Source of the DNA: Promethearchaeota archaeon
GTDB taxonomy: Archaea; Asgardarchaeota; Hermodarchaeia; Hermodarchaeales; Hermodarchaeaceae
Direction: 5' to 3'
DNA: 11,834 bases
NCBI GenBank assembly: GCA_048938295.1
Contig: JBHLMI010000046.1
Coordinates: 1-11,834, forward strand
The notes beneath the pieces were generated by a model, which saw only the letters and a program-made list of their open reading frames with translations, made no database searches and was not told the DNA's origin. The position numbers and the translations under genes were made by a program. The first letter of the stretch is position 1. Each line of letters begins with the position of its first letter. Positions 8,591 through 11,834 of this stretch are shown here, piece after piece.

Positions 8591-8878
8591 ATGACTCTCA
8601 AAACAAAACAGGCGAAACCAGCTCCAAGCAGCCCTGCCACTGCCATTATCCTAATTGAAGTCTTACCCAAAGAACATCTCAACGTCTTACATATCGTTAA
8701 ACAAGACCTTGAAAAAATTGAAGGCGTCAAAGATGTGTGCGGTATTTTTGGCACCTGGGACCTATCAGCCATCATCGAAGAAGAGACTTATGAATCCCTC
8801 AAAAACAAAGTCATCGACGAGGTACGCGCCGTGCCTGGCGTTGGCAAAACTGAAACGCTCCTCCGATTTCCACTCTAA
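8591..8878 (+). CDS. Lrp/AsnC ligand-binding (RAM) domain protein, no HTH
   Basis: TAIILIEV.P...LEKIEGVKDVCGIFGTWDLSAIIE...VIDEVRAVPGVGKTETL. Start is ATG 8591 (GTG 8582 is an alternative). Confidence 0.88.
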   Translation: MTLKTKQAKPAPSSPATAIILIEVLPKEHLNVLHIVKQDLEKIEGVKDVCGIFGTWDLSAIIEEETYESLKNKVIDEVRAVPGVGKTETLLRFPL

Positions 8879-8967
8879 CATTGACTCAAAACAGCGAAAT
8901 ACTATCCTTAAGGATGACTTCAACAACCATCAATAGAAGAACTATGCAGTGAATGAAAACATCCATT

Positions 8968-9063
8968 AGAAAAAAGAAAAAGGGGAGGCACAGCCTCCCA
9001 ATAGGTGAAGACCGTTTAGAAGCACCGGTGATTAACGCCAGCGCCCTGCTCCATATTTTTCTT
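8968..9063 (-). repeat. Actin 3'-end relic R8 (type B UTR)
   Basis: A-tract, hairpin gggaggc-aca-gcctccc, spacer aataggtgaagaccgt, stop at 9016-9018. The minus strand reads M-E-Q-G-A-G-V-N-H-R-C-F-*, with an apparent 3-nt deletion in the preceding codons. Confidence 0.95.
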
Positions 9064-9142
9064 CCCGCTTACACCAATGGATTATTATAAGAAATTAAAG
9101 AGCAAATGTTGCTATGAATCCCAGAATGGTTGGTGAAACCCA

Positions 9143-9538
9143 ATGAAGCAAAGTGCAGGAAGAATCACTCGTCTTTGGCTCGGTATGGTCGAAGTCTCGG
9201 ATCTAGACAAAGCCCTCCAATTTTACCATGAGGTTCTTGGCCTACCCATAGCACTCGACGCAAGAATGTTTGATCACGCCGAAGTTGGCCCCGAAGAACC
9301 GTTAGCAAAAATCGGCCTATATGCTAGTGGTAAAAAAGCAGAGAAAATACGCCGAACAGGCATTGTCTTGGATACCGATGACATCAACGCCCTATACAAT
9401 AGACTAACCCGACACGGAGTAAAATTTACCACAAAGCCGACTAAGATGCCATGGGGCGGCATATCCGCAAAATTCCTCGACCCCGACAACAACGAATTCG
9501 AGGTCGTGCAAGACCCCCACCATTACTCACGAAAATAA
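9143..9538 (+). CDS. VOC family (glyoxalase/bleomycin resistance) protein
   Basis: VSDLDKALQFYHEVLGL, IVLDTDDINALY..L...GVKF...P..MPWGG....FLDPDNNEFEV. Confidence 0.93.
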   Translation: MKQSAGRITRLWLGMVEVSDLDKALQFYHEVLGLPIALDARMFDHAEVGPEEPLAKIGLYASGKKAEKIRRTGIVLDTDDINALYNRLTRHGVKFTTKPTKMPWGGISAKFLDPDNNEFEVVQDPHHYSRK

Positions 9539-9553
9539 AACACCAACAACACC

Positions 9554-9657
9554 AAAAAAAGAGAAAGAGGGGGAGGCACAGCCTACCAATAAGTGAAGAC
9601 CGTCTAGAAGCAGCGGTGGATCACGCTAGCGCCCCGTTCCATGTATTCTTTCTTTGT
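9554..9657 (-). repeat. Actin 3'-end relic R9 (type B UTR), nearest to actin
   Basis: A-tract, hairpin with one mismatch (gcctacc), spacer aataagtgaagaccgt, TAG stop at 9604-9606. The minus strand reads T-K-K-E-Y-M-E-R-G-A-S-V-I-H-R-C-F-*. Confidence 0.97.
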
Positions 9658-9839
9658 AGCTACTGGTCAACTGGTGTTTGGTTTTAATCACCTTTTCCAG
9701 AGAACCATAACGCATAAAAGTAAACCAAATTCGGCGCTCCGCCAGAGGTGACCCCATCATAAAAATCGATTATGAAAAACTATCAACCTACCTCACCGAA
9801 GACGAACTAGATCAACTCGATGCCGCAACGTATCATGTC

Positions 9840-10202
9840 ATGCGCTTCAAATGGCTCGCCGACGACTGCACCACCTGGGACGACATAATCCACGCCCTGC
9901 ACCACCGAATCACCGCCATTGAAGACCTCAAAGCCCAAGGCGCAATCTTAGCCCAAAACAACAACGACGACTACATCTTCTATGAAATCCCCGGCGAAAC
10001 CGCCATCTTCGCCACCCTCACCACCCTCACTGACACTGAGTGCACCTTCCAACTCGACGATGGTGCCACCATCACCACCCCACGACCCGACTGGACCGAC
10101 TTCACACACGACCACCTCCACTGCCGCCTTGTCCTCCTCATCACCGAAACCGGCGAACTCAACGGCGTCTCCCTTCCCCACCACGTCCCGAGCGACCCAT
10201 AA
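9840..10202 (+). CDS. Hypothetical protein, translationally coupled to the downstream endonuclease gene
   Basis: 120-aa ORF whose stop overlaps the next ATG (TAATG, 10200-10204). The frame stays open upstream to 9711 with a protein-like sequence (KIDYEKLSTYLTEDELDQLD). Confidence 0.7.
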   Translation: MRFKWLADDCTTWDDIIHALHHRITAIEDLKAQGAILAQNNNDDYIFYEIPGETAIFATLTTLTDTECTFQLDDGATITTPRPDWTDFTHDHLHCRLVLLITETGELNGVSLPHHVPSDP

Positions 10203-11335
10203 TGATCACCGGCACACCCTACTTTCCTAAAAAATGTCCAACTTGTCCGATTTACCGCCTTCGCCAAACTACCCAGCCTGGCACTAAAGCCACCTATCAA
10301 CGCAAATTTGACATCACAACCGAACTCCAAATCGTCTGCGACTACACCTGCAAAGAAAAAAGCAGCCTCCAACTTGCGCAAGAAAAAGACTGCACCCAAG
10401 ACACCATCCAAAACATCGTCCGCAGATTCAATAAACCCCTCCGCTCTTTCCGCGACGCCCAACTCCTCCGCCGCGGATCCAAAGACCTCACCTTCCCCCT
10501 CTCACCCGAAGTCCCCCAGCTCCTCCAACACCCTAAGGTAAAGCCCTTTCTACCGCAATTAATAGCTGTCATGCTCCTCACCGACGGTGTCGCCGGCTAC
10601 CGCCAAGGTCACCGCCCTTACCTTACCTTCACCAATAAAGCGGAAACCCTCCACGCCATCTTCGCCGACCTCATCCACTTCCACTACAACCAACCCCCAT
10701 CCGCCTACTTCAAAAAATACTGGAGCAGAGCAAAGAAACAAGGTTCCTGTGCCTTCTACACTACCTATAACCGCATAGCCGACACACATCCCATCCTTAA
10801 CGAACTCCTTACACTCAGCCCCACATATCGGACACAACCCAAACTCGGACAATCATGGGAAAACTACCTCCAGCAAACCCCACAACCCACACTCCAATTC
10901 TTATCAAACCCAACCATACCTACACAAATTCACAACTTCGTAATCCAACTAGGCATGAGCGCCGAAGGTTCCATTAGCCCCATCTTTGTGTCAGATAGTC
11001 GATTCCCTTATCCACATCTAACATTGGGCTGCAAACATCCATTACTCAAAGAACAATGGAAAACATATCTCGAAATCCAAGGCTTTTCATTCAACAAAAC
11101 CACCGAAATGATTGAAACCGCACAACTCCAGCAAGCGAAGAAATTCCTCAATCTTGGTGGTTTTTTCAACGGTGTAAAAGTGAAAGCTGGCAGTTATTAT
11201 GAAGGACTCGACAAACAAGCCGTCTTAAAAGCAATACTCATTGACAGAAAAACCCATCCAATCGACCCAGCACTTCTAAAACAGGAAAAACATAAAATCT
11301 TACGCCAACGAGCATTACAATTCAAAAAATCCTAA
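10202..11335 (+). CDS. Free-standing double-motif LAGLIDADG (homing/intein-type) endonuclease-like protein with N-terminal CxxC and HTH
   Basis: Motif 1 LIAVMLLTDG (10559-10588) and motif 2 VIQLGMSAEG (10940-10969) both keep the acidic residue. HTH-like IVCDYTCKEKSSLQLAQEKDCTQDTIQNIVRRFNKPLRS and CPTC lie upstream. Start is set at ATG 10202 (377 aa) by the TAATG coupling. Confidence 0.75.
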   Translation: MITGTPYFPKKCPTCPIYRLRQTTQPGTKATYQRKFDITTELQIVCDYTCKEKSSLQLAQEKDCTQDTIQNIVRRFNKPLRSFRDAQLLRRGSKDLTFPLSPEVPQLLQHPKVKPFLPQLIAVMLLTDGVAGYRQGHRPYLTFTNKAETLHAIFADLIHFHYNQPPSAYFKKYWSRAKKQGSCAFYTTYNRIADTHPILNELLTLSPTYRTQPKLGQSWENYLQQTPQPTLQFLSNPTIPTQIHNFVIQLGMSAEGSISPIFVSDSRFPYPHLTLGCKHPLLKEQWKTYLEIQGFSFNKTTEMIETAQLQQAKKFLNLGGFFNGVKVKAGSYYEGLDKQAVLKAILIDRKTHPIDPALLKQEKHKILRQRALQFKKS

Positions 11336-11350
11336 TCTCCACTCACACGA

Positions 11351-11399
11351 AATAAAAAAAATGAAAAAGGGGAGGCAAGCCTCCCAAAAATCAGCTACC
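11351..11399 (-). terminator. Actin 3' UTR and terminator: hairpin GGGAGG-CUUG-CCUCCC followed by U-tracts (type A UTR)
   Basis: Plus strand gggagg caag cctccc at 11370-11385, flanked by A-runs at 11351-11368 (U-tract on the minus strand), 14 nt after the actin stop. Confidence 0.85.
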
Positions 11400-11834
11400 T
11401 TAGAAGCACCGATGAATAACACCAGCGCCCTGTTCCATGTATTCTTTCTTTGTCACCCACATTCGCTGAAACGTCTTTAGAGAGGCTAGGATGCTGCCGC
11501 CGATCCAGACGGAGTACATGCGTTCGGGTGGGGCGACGATTTTGACTTCGACGTTTTCGGGGATGGATTCGATGATTTCTTTGCGGAGGCGTTCTTTGAG
11601 TCCGGGGAACATGGTGGTGCCGCCGGAGAGGACGATGTTCGCGTAGAGGTCGCGGCGGAGGTCGACGTCGCATTTGTGGACGGCTTCGACGATGGCGTCG
11701 TCGAGGGGTTGGGCTTCGATGCCGATGGCGCCGGGGTTGAATAGGACTTCGGGTCCCTGGAAGCGTTCGGCGCCGACGGTGAGGGTGGAGCCGTCGGGGA
11801 GCATGTATTTCTTTTCCATGCCGGCGACTTTTTC
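11400..11834 (-). CDS. Eukaryote-like actin (Asgard/lokiactin-like), C-terminal ~145 codons; 5' part outside the window
   Basis: [67 protein letters not shown], terminal HRCF. High GC with C-ending codons is consistent with high expression. The prokaryotic gene neighbourhood argues for an archaeon. Confidence 0.95.
   Translation of the reverse strand, partial: EKVAGMEKKYMLPDGSTLTVGAERFQGPEVLFNPGAIGIEAQPLDDAIVEAVHKCDVDLRRDLYANIVLSGGTTMFPGLKERLRKEIIESIPENVEVKIVAPPERMYSVWIGGSILASLKTFQRMWVTKKEYMEQGAGVIHRCF

Noticed and set aside
824-9657. Retrocopies (cDNA) of the actin mRNA 3' end
   Set aside because: The relics do match the transcript 3' end, but uniform orientation, clustering beside the parent, a fixed breakpoint and synonymous-biased divergence fit integration and displacement better. 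No reverse transcriptase is visible. Not fully excluded.
9662-9675. Short direct repeat actggt-ca-actggt at the edge of R9
   Set aside because: It is only 6 bp, is not seen at other junctions and is expected by chance.
10040-10201. N-terminal extension of the endonuclease ORF (MHLPTRR...)
   Set aside because: It overlaps the 9840-10202 gene in another frame and is low-complexity P/H/R-rich; the TAATG coupling marks 10202 as the start.
824-11460. CRISPR array
   Set aside because: The repeats are ~100 bp, degenerate and derived from actin coding sequence, and the spacers are gene-sized (0.5-2 kb).
824-11460. Classical bacterial integron attC sites
   Set aside because: There is no GTTRRRY/RYYYAAC pair with a long imperfect palindrome and no intI in the window; the resemblance is architectural only.
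958-11673. Antisense and alternate-frame ORFs in the track (e.g. 958-1308, 1625-1912, 4183-4734, 9980-10462, 10559-10852, 11395-11673)
   Set aside because: They are shadows of well-supported genes, favoured by the strong strand skew.

Overview
Probably an Asgard-archaeal locus, judged from a eukaryote-like actin whose 3' part lies at the right edge on the minus strand and ends ...[20 protein letters not shown]. Downstream of actin is a ~11 kb string of mostly single-gene units: CDF transporter, NAD epimerase, SAM methyltransferase, EF-Tu-domain-II-like protein, DDAH, Acr3, DUF6054-like protein, DinB, alpha/beta hydrolase, Lrp ligand-binding domain, VOC, two hypotheticals and an HTH-LAGLIDADG endonuclease-like gene. 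Nearly every intergenic space holds a co-oriented copy of the actin 3' end (last ~15-20 codons, stop, terminator hairpin, U-tract). I count about 9 relics, one of them split in two by an insertion. The relics differ from actin mainly at synonymous sites, break off at about the same codons, fall into two 3'-UTR alleles and decay with distance from actin. This looks like an integron-like, chronologically ordered gene-capture array that uses the actin 3' end as the integration site. No recombinase lies in the window; the LAGLIDADG gene next to actin is a candidate motor. The mechanism is inference.
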